Shown: positions 9,237-19,860 of the stretch, one piece after another
How positions within the stretch are numbered: the first letter of the stretch is position 1
Layout: each line of letters opens with the position of its first letter
Source of the DNA: an uncultured Bacillota bacterium
GTDB taxonomy: Bacteria > Sysuimicrobiota > Sysuimicrobiia > Sysuimicrobiales > Segetimicrobiaceae
Assembly: GCA_963804645.1 (NCBI GenBank)
Contig: CAWDRG010000009.1
Location: forward strand, 1,056,001-1,120,000
Direction of reading: 5' to 3'
Length of the DNA: 64,000 bases
The notes under the pieces: generated by a model
What the model saw: the letters and a program-made list of their open reading frames with translations, nothing else
Databases searched by the model: none
What the model was told of the DNA's origin: nothing
Made by a program: the position numbers and the translations under genes

Positions 9237-10613
9237 CTACAGCGGCGGCGCGTCCCCGGTCCACGGCGTGGCCCCTTCATACGCCGCCGCGACGCGCAGG
9301 ATCTGCAGCTCCTCGAACGGGCGTCCGGCGAGCTGGAGTCCCACCGGGAGACCGCCGCGGGTGCGGCCGCACGGGACCGCGAGGCTCGGGAACCCGAGGA
9401 AGCTGAACGGCCGGTTCATGACCGGCGACCCGGTGGACGCCAGTCCCTCGGGCGCCGGGCCCGGGGCGGCCGGGGTGGCGAGCACGTCGACGTCTTCGAG
9501 CAGCGCCCGCATCTCCCCGATGAGCCGGGTCCGCACCTGCTGCGCTCGGACGTACGTCGGAGCCGGGACCTCGAGTCCGGTTTCGATGATCGCACGCAGC
9601 TTCTCGCCGTACTCCGCCGCGCGCGTCCGGTAGCGGTCGAGGTGCACGGCCGCCGCCTCCACGTTATGGATGAGCTCGTGCGCGTCCATCCCGGCCTCGA
9701 ACGCGTCGGGCAGCCGCACGTCCCGCACCGCGAAGCCGAGTGCACGGAGCAGGTCCACCGCGCGCCGGTACGCGTCGTGCGCCTCCGGGTCCAGTCCGTC
9801 GAAGAAGTAGCGGTCCGGGATGCCGACGCGCAGCATGCGTACGCTCTCCCGCTGGGCGTCGCGATCGTCGAGCGCGGCCGCGTAGCGCGGCGGCGCGGGA
9901 CACGAGAGCGTCGCCGGGTCCCCCGGATCGGGTCCGGCGACAACCTCCAGCAGCACCGCGACGTCGCGGACGGTGCGCGCCATCGGGCCCGGGTGGTCGA
10001 GCGTCCACGCGAGCGGATGCACGCCGTGGCGGCTGACCCGCCCGAACGTCGGCTTGAGGCCGACGATGCCGCAGAACGCGGCGGGCCGGACGATCGATCC
10101 CGACGTTTGGGAGCCGAGCGCGCCCTGGCACATGCGCGCCGCGAGCGCGGCCGCGGAGCCGCTGCTCGACCCGCCCGGCGTGTGCGCGAGATCCCACGGG
10201 TTGCGGGCGGGCGACGGATCGAACGACGCGAACTCGGTGGTGTGGGTCTTTCCCAGCACGACGGCGCCCGCACGGCGCAGCCGCGCCACGGCGGTCGCGT
10301 CGGATGTTGGCACGAACCCGGCCATGATCGGCGAGCCGCACGCCGTCTCGATCCCCGTGGTGTAGAAGATATCTTTCACGCCGACGGGGATGCCGTGCAG
10401 CGCGCCGCGCGTGTCGCCGCGGGACGCGAGCTCGGAGAGGCGCTGCGCATCGCGCCGCGCGTCGTCGCGGCACAGGCGCGCCCACGCGCGCACCCGCGGT
10501 TCGATCCGCTCGATCCGTTCGAGCGTGGAGTCGAGCAGTTCGACCGGCGAGAGCCGGCCGCGGGCGATCGCGTCCGCCGCGTCGCTGAGCGAGAGCGCAT
10601 ACGGCTCACGCAT
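9237..10613 (-). CDS. Amidase-signature family protein (GatA/AtzE-like)
   Basis: GIPVGVKD, GKTHTTEFA, PGGSSSGS, GSQTSGSIVRPA, GLKPTFGRVS, GLPVGLQL. Confidence 0.92.
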   Translation of the reverse strand: MREPYALSLSDAADAIARGRLSPVELLDSTLERIERIEPRVRAWARLCRDDARRDAQRLSELASRGDTRGALHGIPVGVKDIFYTTGIETACGSPIMAGFVPTSDATAVARLRRAGAVVLGKTHTTEFASFDPSPARNPWDLAHTPGGSSSGSAAALAARMCQGALGSQTSGSIVRPAAFCGIVGLKPTFGRVSRHGVHPLAWTLDHPGPMARTVRDVAVLLEVVAGPDPGDPATLSCPAPPRYAAALDDRDAQRESVRMLRVGIPDRYFFDGLDPEAHDAYRRAVDLLRALGFAVRDVRLPDAFEAGMDAHELIHNVEAAAVHLDRYRTRAAEYGEKLRAIIETGLEVPAPTYVRAQQVRTRLIGEMRALLEDVDVLATPAAPGPAPEGLASTGSPVMNRPFSFLGFPSLAVPCGRTRGGLPVGLQLAGRPFEELQILRVAAAYEGATPWTGDAPPL

Positions 10614-10791
10614 CGCGGGGCTGCAGGCGAGGCGCGCCCGCCGGCTCGGTGTCATGCGAGACCGCCGCGCGGTGCACGGCGTCGATCCGGCGGCGTGTCC
10701 GCGCCATCTCTTCGTCAAAGAGTGCGCCGCGCTCGTCCGGCAGCGCCAGCAGCGTGCGCATCGCAGCGACGGGTGAGATGTCTCGGTCCAT
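10606..10791 (-). CDS. Small (61 aa) amidase partner, GatC/AtzG-like (tentative)
   Basis: GAAGGAGG RBS; helical ORF containing HDTEPA near its C-terminus; its 3' end overlaps the amidase start. Confidence 0.55.
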   Translation of the reverse strand: MDRDISPVAAMRTLLALPDERGALFDEEMARTRRRIDAVHRAAVSHDTEPAGAPRLQPRDA

Positions 10792-11074
10792 GCGGGCGCC
10801 TCCTTCGAGCACGATCGCGGCGAGAATACGGAATCGTTGGCGCGAGGCGAAACGTCTTCCTGCCGTCGTGTGGCGATGCCGCGACGGCACCGTTGCGACG
10901 TGCGCGCCGCAGGCTGCCTGGGGGTGCGCGGGCCGTCTCGGAGGACCGCCGCCGCTCCGGAAGGAAGCATCCGGCAGGCGCGGAGAGATTTCGCGCACGC
11001 GCGGCGCGACCCGCCGCTTCGATCACGACAGACCGCACGCATCTCGATTCGATCGCCGGGGGCACAGAGGCCAG

Positions 11075-12034
11075 ATGGCTCATCACCGCCGGTTTCGTTT
11101 TGGAATTCAAGTGCGCGGCGCCGCGACCGCGCCAGCCTGGCTCGCGAAGGCCCGGGCGACGGAGTCGCTCGGATACGCGTCTTTGATGCTCCCCGACCAT
11201 TTCCACGAGCAGCTCGGGCCGATCGCCGCCCTGACGGCCGCCGCGATGGTGACCCGGTCGCTTCAACTCGGCGTGCTCGTGTTCGCGAATGACTTCCGCC
11301 ATCCGGTCGTCCTCGCCAAGGAGCTGGCCACGCTCGACATGGTATCCGGGGGCCGCGTCTGCGTCGGCCTCGGCGCCGGATGGGCGCGGAGCGATTATGA
11401 CCCCGCGGGGATAGCCTACGATCCGGCGGGGACGCGGATCGAGCGGCTCGCGGAGTCGTTGACCGTGTTGAAGGGCCTGTTCGCGGACGGACCGCTTACG
11501 TTTCAGGGTCGGCACTACCGGATCTCGCAGCTGGAGGGCCTGCCGAAACCCGAGCAGCGGCCGCATCCTCCGTTCCTGGTCGGCGGGGGTGGGCGCCGGC
11601 TCCTGTCGCTCGCCGCAAGAGAGGCGGACATCGTCGGAATCAACTCCGCCATAACCGGCGGCGTGGCGGCGCCCGGCTGGGCGCCGGACCGGACCGCCGA
11701 GGCGACCGAACAAAAAATCGAATGGATCCGGGAGGCGGCCGGTTCCCGGTTCGACGATCTCGAACTGTCGGTGATGTGCATGCTCATCGTGATCACCGAC
11801 GATCGCGACCGCGCCGCCGCCGAGCAGGCGGCGCGGTTCGGGGTCGCCGCGGCCGACCTGCTCGAGTCGCCATACGCGCTGTTTGGGACCGTGGAGCAGA
11901 TCGCGGATACCCTCCAGCGGAGGCGCGACCGGTTCGGGATCTCGTACATCATGCACCCTCCCGAGGTGACGTCGCATCCGGCGGCGTCGCTCGAGGCGTT
12001 CGCGCCCGTCGTCGCGCGTCTCGCCGGGCGCTGA
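11075..12034 (+). CDS. LLM-class, probably F420-dependent, oxidoreductase
   Basis: PDHF, VFANDFRHPVVLAKELATLD..SGGR..GLGAGW, PKPEQRPHPP..VGGGG, AREADIV. Confidence 0.9.
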   Translation: MAHHRRFRFGIQVRGAATAPAWLAKARATESLGYASLMLPDHFHEQLGPIAALTAAAMVTRSLQLGVLVFANDFRHPVVLAKELATLDMVSGGRVCVGLGAGWARSDYDPAGIAYDPAGTRIERLAESLTVLKGLFADGPLTFQGRHYRISQLEGLPKPEQRPHPPFLVGGGGRRLLSLAAREADIVGINSAITGGVAAPGWAPDRTAEATEQKIEWIREAAGSRFDDLELSVMCMLIVITDDRDRAAAEQAARFGVAAADLLESPYALFGTVEQIADTLQRRRDRFGISYIMHPPEVTSHPAASLEAFAPVVARLAGR

Positions 12035-12104
12035 GGCGGGGCCGGTGTCGGGCCGCGCCTCACAGAGAGGGCGGCGCCCCGCCGAGGAGAAAGCCTAGAG
12101 CCGT

Positions 12105-13625
12105 ATGACCACAGTGGCCGCCGCGCAGGCGGAGTCTCCGCTCGTCCTGGCGCTCGATCTCGGGAGCTCGTCGGTCCGCGCGATCGCCTACGACCGTCTC
12201 GGCCGCGAGGTGGACGGGGCGGCTGCGCGCACCGAATACGAATGGCGGCGGACGCCCGACGGCGGCGTCGAAGCCGATCCGGACGCGCTGCTGGACGGGA
12301 CGTTCTCGGCGATCGACCGCGCGCTCGCCGCGATGGGCGCGCACGCGCCGCGCCTTCGCGCCGTCGGGATCTCGACGTTCTGGCACAACATCTTAGGGGT
12401 CGGCACCGACGGGCGGCCCGTGACCCCGCTGTACTCCTGGGCCGACGAGCGGAGCGCCGCAGCCGCGGCGGCCCTGCGCGCGCGTTTCGACGAGGAGGCG
12501 GTGCACCAGCGGACCGGGTGCGTGTTTCATCCGAGTTATCCCGCGGCGCGTCTGTTGTGGCTGCGCGGTGCGCATCCCGACGCCTACCGCGCGGCCCGGA
12601 CGTGGCTCAGCATCGGAGAGTACCTGGCGCTGCGCTGCTTCGGCCGCGCCGCGTGCAGCATCTCGATGGCGTCGGGGACGGGGCTCCTCGATCAGCGGCG
12701 GTGCGTGTGGGACGCGCCGCTGCTCGAGGTCCTCGGCCTCACCCCGGACCGCCTGTCGCCGCTCGTGGATCTGGACGACTCGTTCACGGGTCTGGTCCCG
12801 GCGCTGGCGCAGCGCTGGCCGGCGCTCGCCGCAATTCCCTGGTTGCCGGCGGCCGGCGACGGCGCGCTCGCAAACCTGGGGACCGGGTGCGTCGGTCCCG
12901 CGCAGGCGGCGCTGTCGATCGGGACGAGCGGCGCGATCCGCGTGCTCCGGCGAGGTCCCGTGCCGGAGGCGCCGGCGGGGCTGTGGATCTACCGCGCCGA
13001 CCGCGCGCGCGTGCTGCTCGGCGGCGCGCTCAGCAACGGGGGCAGCGTGCACCGGTGGCTCGTGGACCGCGCCGCGATCGTGCTCTCGGGCGACGTGGAT
13101 CGGATGCTGCGCGGGCGGCCCGCCGACGGGCACGGTCTTGTCATGCTGCCGTTTCTCGCGGGCGAGCGCAGCCCGGACTGGCCGCTCGCGGTCCGCGGCG
13201 CAATCGTCGGCATGACGCTGCGTACGGACCCGCTCGACCTCATGCAGGCCGCGCTCGAGGCGGTGGCCTATCGCTTCGCGCTGATCTGGGATCTCCTGCG
13301 CGCGGCCGTGCCGACCGTCCGTGAGATCGTGGCGAGCGGGGGCGCGCCCGCGGGGTCGCCGGCGTGGGTGCAGATTCTCGCCGACGTGCTCGGGCACGAG
13401 ATTGCCGTGTCGGAGGAGGCGGAGGGCAGCAGCCGGGGGGCCGCGCTCGCGGCGCTCGAGGTGCTCGGCACCGCGCGGGCCGAGGATCTTCCCGTCGCGC
13501 ACCGGGCGGTGTACGCGCCCGACGCCGCGCGGCACGCGCGGTATCGCGAGGCGCGCGCCCGGCAGCGCCGGATCGAGGCGGCGCTCGCCCCGCTTCAGCC
13601 TGTCGTCGGAGGGTACACACTCTAG
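12105..13625 (+). CDS. gntK: Gluconokinase (FGGY carbohydrate kinase family)
   Basis: LALDLGSSSVR, WADER, SMASGTGL, GDGALANLG, SIGTSGAIR, GGALSNGG, PFLAGERSP; adjacent to pentose-phosphate genes. Confidence 0.85.
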   Translation: MTTVAAAQAESPLVLALDLGSSSVRAIAYDRLGREVDGAAARTEYEWRRTPDGGVEADPDALLDGTFSAIDRALAAMGAHAPRLRAVGISTFWHNILGVGTDGRPVTPLYSWADERSAAAAAALRARFDEEAVHQRTGCVFHPSYPAARLLWLRGAHPDAYRAARTWLSIGEYLALRCFGRAACSISMASGTGLLDQRRCVWDAPLLEVLGLTPDRLSPLVDLDDSFTGLVPALAQRWPALAAIPWLPAAGDGALANLGTGCVGPAQAALSIGTSGAIRVLRRGPVPEAPAGLWIYRADRARVLLGGALSNGGSVHRWLVDRAAIVLSGDVDRMLRGRPADGHGLVMLPFLAGERSPDWPLAVRGAIVGMTLRTDPLDLMQAALEAVAYRFALIWDLLRAAVPTVREIVASGGAPAGSPAWVQILADVLGHEIAVSEEAEGSSRGAALAALEVLGTARAEDLPVAHRAVYAPDAARHARYREARARQRRIEAALAPLQPVVGGYTL

Positions 13626-13725
13626 CGACGAACGCCGTGCGGATGCGTCGCTCCCGGCCGCCGGCGGCCGGGATGGTGCGCTAACCCTACGCCGCTCGGT
13701 TACAAGAATTTCCGACGCCGTTCGT

Positions 13726-13754
13726 GTGACAGCCGCCGGTCCTCGCCGTACAAT
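13726..13754 (+). promoter_or_regulatory. Sigma70-type promoter upstream of tkt
   Basis: GTGACA-N17-TACAAT. Confidence 0.6.
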
Positions 13755-13817
13755 ATGCGGAGAGTCCTGCGGGCGCTGTGCCAGGCGCCGCGACCGTGCC
13801 GCCCCCTGGAGGAGACC

Positions 13818-15956
13818 ATGGCGATCGAAACCCAGACCCTCGACAATCTGTGCGTCAATACGATCCGGACTCTGTCGATCGACGGGGTGCAGAAGGCCAA
13901 GTCCGGACATCCGGGCATGCCGCTCGGCGCGGCGGCGATGGCCTACGTCCTGTGGACCCGCTACCTCCGCTACAACCCCCACAACGCCGACTGGCCGGAC
14001 CGCGACCGGTTCATCCTCTCCGCCGGGCACGGCAGCATGCTGCTGTACAGCCTGCTGCACCTCACGGGCTACGACCTGACGATCGAGGATCTGAAGCAGT
14101 TCCGGCAGTACGGCAGCCGCACGCCGGGACACCCGGAGCGCCACTGCGCGCCGGGCGTCGAGGTCAGCACCGGACCGCTGGGGCAGGGGGCCGGCAACAG
14201 CGTGGGCATGGCGATCGCGGAGCGGTGGCTGGCCGCCCAGTTCAACCGGCCCGGCCACCAGATCGTCGACCACCGCACCTACGCGATCGTGAGCGACGGG
14301 GATCTAATGGAAGGGGTGGCCGCGGAGGCGGCCTCGCTCGCGGGGCATCTCCGGCTCGGACGCCTCGTCTGGCTGTACGACGCGAATCTGGTCACCCTGT
14401 CCGCGACGACGTCGGTCACCTACACCGAGGACGTCGGCCATCGGTTCGAGTCGTACGGCTGGCACGTGCAGCATCTCGCCGACGGCAACGACCTCGCCGC
14501 GGTTGACCGCGCGCTGGCGGCGGCATGCGCGGCGGAAGATCGCCCGTCGCTGCTGGTGGTGCGCACGCACCTCGGATTCGGCAGCCCGCACAAGCAGGAC
14601 ACGTTTCAGGCCCACGGTGAGCCGCTCGGGGACGACGAGGTGCGCGCCACCAAGCGTGCGCTCGGGTGGCCCGAGGACAAGACGTTCTACGTCCCCGAGG
14701 ACGCGCTGCGGCACTTCCGGGAGGCGGTGCCGCGGGGTGAGGCGCTGGAGCGGGCGTGGCGGGCGCGGTTCGACGCCTACCGCGCGGCGTTTCCCGATCT
14801 GGCGCGCGCGTTTGAGCAGGCCCTCGCCGGCGAGATCCCCGGAGGATGGGAGCGCCTGCTGCCGGTGTTCAAGCCCGAGGACGGACCGCTCGCGACGCGC
14901 GAAGCGTCCGGGAAGGCGATGAACGCGATCGCGGGAGCCGTGCCGACGCTGATCGGCGGCTCCGCCGACCTCGATCCGTCGACGTACACGATGCTGCGCG
15001 GCCTGGGCGATTTCGAGAGCCCCGAGGCGGAGGGCGCAGACCTCGCACAGGGCAAGGCCGGGGGGGTGTGGGGCTACGCCGGACGGAACGTCCACTTCGG
15101 GATCCGCGAGCACGCGATGGGCGCGGCCGTGAACGGCTTGGCGGCGCACGCGGGCGTCCGGCCGTTCGGCGCGACGTTTCTCGTCTTCTCGGACTACATG
15201 CGGCCGAGCGTGCGCCTCGCCGCACTGTCCCATCTCGATTCGATCTTCGTGTGGACGCACGACAGCATCGCGCTCGGCGAGGACGGGCCGACCCACGAGC
15301 CGGTCGAGCATCTCGCGAGCCTGCGTGCGATCCCGAACCTGCTGGTGATCCGCCCGGCGGATGCGAACGAGACCGTCGAGGCGTGGCGGACGGCGCTGCG
15401 CCACACGTCCGGGCCCGTGGCGTTTGTGCTCAGCCGGCAGAAGCTGCCCATCGTCGACCGGACGGGGCTCGGCGCCGCGTCGGGCGCGGCCCGGGGCGGG
15501 TACGTGCTCGCGGACCCCGCGGGGGGCGCCGTGCCGGAGGTGATCCTGATCGCCACCGGGTCGGAGGTGTCGCTGGCGCTTGAGGCACACGCGCGCCTGG
15601 GGGCGGACGGTGTCAAGAGCCGCGTCGTGTCGCTGCCGTGCTGGGAACTGTTCGACGCGCAGCCGCAGGCGTACCGCGACGAGGTCCTCCCTCCCGCGGT
15701 GCGCGCGCGCGTGACGGTGGAGGCCGGCGCGACGCTCGGGTGGGAGCGCTACGCGGGCGACGCCGGCGTCATCATCGGGCTCGACCGGTTCGGGGCTTCG
15801 GGCCCCGGGCCGGTGGTGATGCGCGAACTGGGATTCACCGTCGACCGTGTCGTGGCGGCCGCCAGCGCCGCGCGCGACCGCGCGCGTGAGACGATGGCGC
15901 GCACGGCGAAAACGGCCGGGACGGCGAAGACGACCAAGAAGGCCAAGTCGAGGTGA
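13818..15956 (+). CDS. tkt: Transketolase
   Basis: [56 protein letters not shown]. Confidence 0.98.
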   Translation: MAIETQTLDNLCVNTIRTLSIDGVQKAKSGHPGMPLGAAAMAYVLWTRYLRYNPHNADWPDRDRFILSAGHGSMLLYSLLHLTGYDLTIEDLKQFRQYGSRTPGHPERHCAPGVEVSTGPLGQGAGNSVGMAIAERWLAAQFNRPGHQIVDHRTYAIVSDGDLMEGVAAEAASLAGHLRLGRLVWLYDANLVTLSATTSVTYTEDVGHRFESYGWHVQHLADGNDLAAVDRALAAACAAEDRPSLLVVRTHLGFGSPHKQDTFQAHGEPLGDDEVRATKRALGWPEDKTFYVPEDALRHFREAVPRGEALERAWRARFDAYRAAFPDLARAFEQALAGEIPGGWERLLPVFKPEDGPLATREASGKAMNAIAGAVPTLIGGSADLDPSTYTMLRGLGDFESPEAEGADLAQGKAGGVWGYAGRNVHFGIREHAMGAAVNGLAAHAGVRPFGATFLVFSDYMRPSVRLAALSHLDSIFVWTHDSIALGEDGPTHEPVEHLASLRAIPNLLVIRPADANETVEAWRTALRHTSGPVAFVLSRQKLPIVDRTGLGAASGAARGGYVLADPAGGAVPEVILIATGSEVSLALEAHARLGADGVKSRVVSLPCWELFDAQPQAYRDEVLPPAVRARVTVEAGATLGWERYAGDAGVIIGLDRFGASGPGPVVMRELGFTVDRVVAAASAARDRARETMARTAKTAGTAKTTKKAKSR

Positions 15957-15961
15957 TCGAG

Positions 15962-17125
15962 ATGGCCACGGGCGGGCGTCAGGCAGGTGAGAATCCGCTG
16001 CGGGTCCTGCGCGCGGCGGGGCAGAGCGTCTGGCTGGACTTCATCGACCGGCCGCTGCTGCGCTCGGGCGAGCTCGCGCGTCTGATCCGCGACGACGGGC
16101 TGTCCGGCATGACCAGCAATCCGACGATCTTCGAGCGGGCGATCGCCTCGAGCGCCGACTACGACGCCGAGATCGCGGGGATGACCGAGCGCGGCCGGAG
16201 TTCCGTGGAGATCTACGAGACGCTCGTCGTCGCCGACATCCAGGCGGCTGCGGACGCGCTCCGTCCGGTGTACGATGAGGCCCGGGGCCGGGACGGGTAC
16301 GTCTCGGTGGAAGTGTCGCCGCTGCTCGCGTACGACACCCCAGGCACGATCGAGGAGGCCCGGCGGTGGTCGTCCCTGATCGGCCGTCCGAACCTCATGG
16401 TGAAGATCCCGGCGACGGTGGAGGGGATTCCGGCGATCGAGGAGATGATCGCCGAGGGGCGCAACATCAACGTGACCCTGATCTTTTCGATCGAGATGTA
16501 CCGGCGCGTGATCGACGCCTACCTGCGCGGGCTGGAGCGGCGGGCGGCGCTCGGCGGCAGCCTCGCCGAGACCGCGTCCGTGGCGAGCTTCTTCGTCAGC
16601 CGGATCGATACCGAGGTGGACCAGCAGCTCGAGGCGCGCGTCAAGGGCGCCCGGCCCGCGCAGGCCGAGCGGATTCGCGCGCTGTTCGGCAAGGCCGCGA
16701 TCGCGAACGCGAAGCTGGCGTACCAGGCGTTCCGGGACGCGTTTGGCACGGCGCGGTTTGCCGCGCTCGCCGCCCGGGGCGCGCAGGTGCAGCGGCCGCT
16801 GTGGGCCAGCACGAGCACGAAGAACCCGGCCTACCCGGACCTCTTGTACGCCGAGGCGCTGGTGGGGCCCGACACCGTGGACACGATGCCGCCGGCCACG
16901 CTCGCCGCGTTCCGCGATCACGGCCGCGTGGCTCCCCGTGCCGTGATGGACGGGCTCGACGAAGCCCGGGACGTGGTGCGCCGCCTGGGCCCCGCCGGCG
17001 TGCGCCTCGACGAGATTACGGCGCTGCTGCTCGACAAAGGGGTCCAGGCGTTCGCGGACTCGTTCACGCAGCTGCTGGCCAGCATCGACAAGAAGCGCGC
17101 GGCAGCCGCCGCGGCGCCGCGCTGA
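15962..17125 (+). CDS. tal: Transaldolase (long, actinobacterial/plant type)
   Basis: GQSVWLD, TSNPTIF, VSVEVSP, MVKIPAT, INVTLIFS, ASFFVSRID, LWASTSTKNP. Confidence 0.96.
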   Translation: MATGGRQAGENPLRVLRAAGQSVWLDFIDRPLLRSGELARLIRDDGLSGMTSNPTIFERAIASSADYDAEIAGMTERGRSSVEIYETLVVADIQAAADALRPVYDEARGRDGYVSVEVSPLLAYDTPGTIEEARRWSSLIGRPNLMVKIPATVEGIPAIEEMIAEGRNINVTLIFSIEMYRRVIDAYLRGLERRAALGGSLAETASVASFFVSRIDTEVDQQLEARVKGARPAQAERIRALFGKAAIANAKLAYQAFRDAFGTARFAALAARGAQVQRPLWASTSTKNPAYPDLLYAEALVGPDTVDTMPPATLAAFRDHGRVAPRAVMDGLDEARDVVRRLGPAGVRLDEITALLLDKGVQAFADSFTQLLASIDKKRAAAAAAPR

Positions 17126-17171
17126 GCGGGTCGGTCTGCGGACCACGGGGATGACGGAAGGGGGTCCATCG

Positions 17172-18068
17172 ATGAAAGTCGGATTTGTCGGGTTCGGCCG
17201 CATGGCCGGCAACATGGTGACGAGGATCCAGCAGCGAGGCCACGAGGCGGCGGTCTACGCGCGGCGTCCCGAGGTGCGCGCGGAGGTGGCCGCGAAGGGC
17301 GCGGTGCCGGCGGCGTCGGTCGCCGAGCTGGTCGAGAAGCTGGCTCCGCCGCGGGTGGTGTGGATGATGGTGCCCGCCGGTGACGCGGTGGAGCAGACGA
17401 TCGCGGACGTGACCCCGCGGCTCGTCAAGGGCGACATTCTCGTGGACGGCGGCAACTCCAACTACCACGACACGATCCGCCGGGCGGCCGCGGCGAAGGC
17501 GAAGGGCATCTCGTACCTCGACGCGGGCACGAGCGGCGGGATCTGGGGCTTGCAGGTCGGCTACTGCATGATGGTCGGCGGCGAGCCGGACGCCGTCCGG
17601 GTCGTCGAGCCGGTGTTCCGGGCGCTCGCGCCCGAGGGGGGGTACCTGCACGTCGGGCCGAGCGGCGCCGGCCACTACGTCAAGATGATCCACAACGGCA
17701 TCGAGTACGGGATGCTGCAGGCGTACGCCGAGGGCTTCGCGGTGCTGCACGCGGCGCCGTTCAAGTTCGACCTCCGCGCGATCAGCGGGATGTGGAACCA
17801 CGGCAGCGTCGTGCGGTCCTGGCTGCTCGAGCTCGCGGAGCGGGCGTTCGCCGACGATCCGGAGATCAGCCGGATCAAGGGCTACGTCGCGGACTCGGGG
17901 GAGGGGCGCTGGACGGTGCAGGAGGCGATCGATCGCGACGTCCCGGCCCCGGTGATCACGCTCTCCCTGCTGCAGCGCCTGCGCTCGCGCGAGGACGAGA
18001 ACTTCGGTGACAAAGTGATCGCGGCCCTCCGCAATCAGTTCGGCGGGCACGCGGTCAAATCTGAGTAG
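17172..18068 (+). CDS. gnd: 6-phosphogluconate dehydrogenase, decarboxylating (short YqeC type)
   Basis: VDGGNS, DAGTSGG, GAGHYVKMIHNGIEY, DSGEGRW, LRNQFGGH. Confidence 0.96.
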   Translation: MKVGFVGFGRMAGNMVTRIQQRGHEAAVYARRPEVRAEVAAKGAVPAASVAELVEKLAPPRVVWMMVPAGDAVEQTIADVTPRLVKGDILVDGGNSNYHDTIRRAAAAKAKGISYLDAGTSGGIWGLQVGYCMMVGGEPDAVRVVEPVFRALAPEGGYLHVGPSGAGHYVKMIHNGIEYGMLQAYAEGFAVLHAAPFKFDLRAISGMWNHGSVVRSWLLELAERAFADDPEISRIKGYVADSGEGRWTVQEAIDRDVPAPVITLSLLQRLRSREDENFGDKVIAALRNQFGGHAVKSE

Positions 18069-18072
18069 CCCC

Positions 18073-19611
18073 ATGAGCTATCCCGCATCCGCACTGCCCG
18101 AGGGCGTCCGGCCCCGCCGGACCCCGGATCCGTGCGCCGTCGTGATCTTCGGGGTTACCGGCGACCTGGCGCACCGCATGCTGATGCCGTCCCTGTTCCG
18201 GCTGTCGCGCCTCGGCAGAATCGCGCCGAACTGCGCGGTGGTCGGGTACGCGCGGCGCCCCAAGACGAATGAGGCGTTTCGCGAGGAGATGGCGACGACC
18301 GTGCTCGGGGCGTCTCCGTCCGAGGCCGATCTCGCGGCGTGGAAGGCGTTCGCGCCCGGGCTCTCGTACGTGCAGGCGGAGTTCGAGGACAGGCTGGGCT
18401 ACGAGCGCCTCAAGGCGGAGCTCGACCGGCTGGACCGCGAGCGGGGCACGGAGTCGAACCGCGTCTTCTACTTGGCGACCGCCCCCGAGTACTACGGCAT
18501 CATCGTCGAGTCGCTCTTGGAGCACGGGCTCGTGACGCGGCCGCCGTCCGCCGCGTCGGTGCGGCCGTGGAGCCGCATCATCGTGGAGAAGCCGTTCGGC
18601 CGCGACCTCGCGAGCGCGCGCGAGCTGAATCAGACGCTGCTGCAGACGTTCGACGAGAACCAGATCTACCGGATCGATCACTACCTCGGCAAAGAGACCG
18701 TGCAGAACATCCTCGTGTTCCGGTTCGCGAACGGCATTTTCGAGCCGATCTGGAACCAGCACTTCATCGACCACGTCCAGATCACGGTCGCCGAGGGCGT
18801 CGGCGTGGAAGGGCGGGCCGGATTCTACGAGACGGCCGGAGTGGTGCGCGACATCATCCAGAACCACATGATGCAGCTGCTGGCGCTCGTCGCGATGGAG
18901 GCGCCGGTGGTGTTCGAGGCGGACGAGGTCCGCGAGGAGAAGGTGAAAGTGCTGCGGTCGGTGCGCCGGTATACGCCGGACGACGTCGACCGGTACGTGA
19001 TCTTCGGACAGTACACCGCCGGGCACCTCGGGGGGATCGACGTGCCGGGCTACCTGTCGGAGGCGCGCGTGGCGCCGGACTCGCGCACGCCCACGTTCGT
19101 CGCGATGCGCGTCTTTCTCGACAACTGGCGGTGGGCCGGGGTGCCGTTCTACCTCCGCTCGGGGAAGCGCATGCCCCGGCGCGTGACGGAGATCGACGTG
19201 CAGTTCAAGCGCGCGCCGCTCCGGCTGTTTCGCGACGGCGGCCGCGAACCGAATCTGCTCACGCTCAACATTCAGCCCGACGAGGGCATCTCGCTCAAGT
19301 TTGTCGCGAAGGCGCCGGGCAGCCTGATGACGCTGCAGCCCGTCGAGATGGGGTTCGAGTACGAGAAGGCGTTCGACCACGCCGAGGCGCTGTCCGCGTA
19401 CGAGCGCCTGCTGCTCGACTGCATGGTGGGTGATCCGACGCTGTTCACCCGCCGCGACGAGGTGGAGGAGGCGTGGGAGCTCCTCCAGCTTCCCCTGACG
19501 CACTGGGATACCTCGACGGCCTCGCCCCACCCGTACAAGGCGGGCACGTGGGGCCCGGACGCCGCGCGCGTGCTGATCGAGCGCGACGGGCGCCGCTGGC
19601 GGCCCTCCTGA
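18073..19611 (+). CDS. zwf: Glucose-6-phosphate 1-dehydrogenase
   Basis: IFGVTGDL, EKPFG, RIDHYLGKE, RDIIQNH, WAGVPFYLRSGK, AYERLL. Confidence 0.98.
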   Translation: MSYPASALPEGVRPRRTPDPCAVVIFGVTGDLAHRMLMPSLFRLSRLGRIAPNCAVVGYARRPKTNEAFREEMATTVLGASPSEADLAAWKAFAPGLSYVQAEFEDRLGYERLKAELDRLDRERGTESNRVFYLATAPEYYGIIVESLLEHGLVTRPPSAASVRPWSRIIVEKPFGRDLASARELNQTLLQTFDENQIYRIDHYLGKETVQNILVFRFANGIFEPIWNQHFIDHVQITVAEGVGVEGRAGFYETAGVVRDIIQNHMMQLLALVAMEAPVVFEADEVREEKVKVLRSVRRYTPDDVDRYVIFGQYTAGHLGGIDVPGYLSEARVAPDSRTPTFVAMRVFLDNWRWAGVPFYLRSGKRMPRRVTEIDVQFKRAPLRLFRDGGREPNLLTLNIQPDEGISLKFVAKAPGSLMTLQPVEMGFEYEKAFDHAEALSAYERLLLDCMVGDPTLFTRRDEVEEAWELLQLPLTHWDTSTASPHPYKAGTWGPDAARVLIERDGRRWRPS

Positions 19612-19860
19612 TCAGCTCACGCACGGGGCGCCGCCCTGGGACGCGCGGCGGCTCATCGGGTCCGGCTACAGCCGCATGGCATGGAGACGTGGCGGGAGCC
19701 GTCTTCCTCCACGCGGCGAGTGAGCCGATCCGGGCGCGCCGCAGGCGAACCCACCGAAGGAAGGGAGTTGACGCCCCGCCGCCGCATTAGGGCTGCGGGT
19801 GGTGGAATGAAGGCCCTCGGCGGCGGCCCTGGGAAAATGCTGTCGGCGGAGGTAGGATGG

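Noticed and set aside
9237..10791. gatCAB operon
   Set aside because: No gatB is present and the amidase looks like a catabolic type
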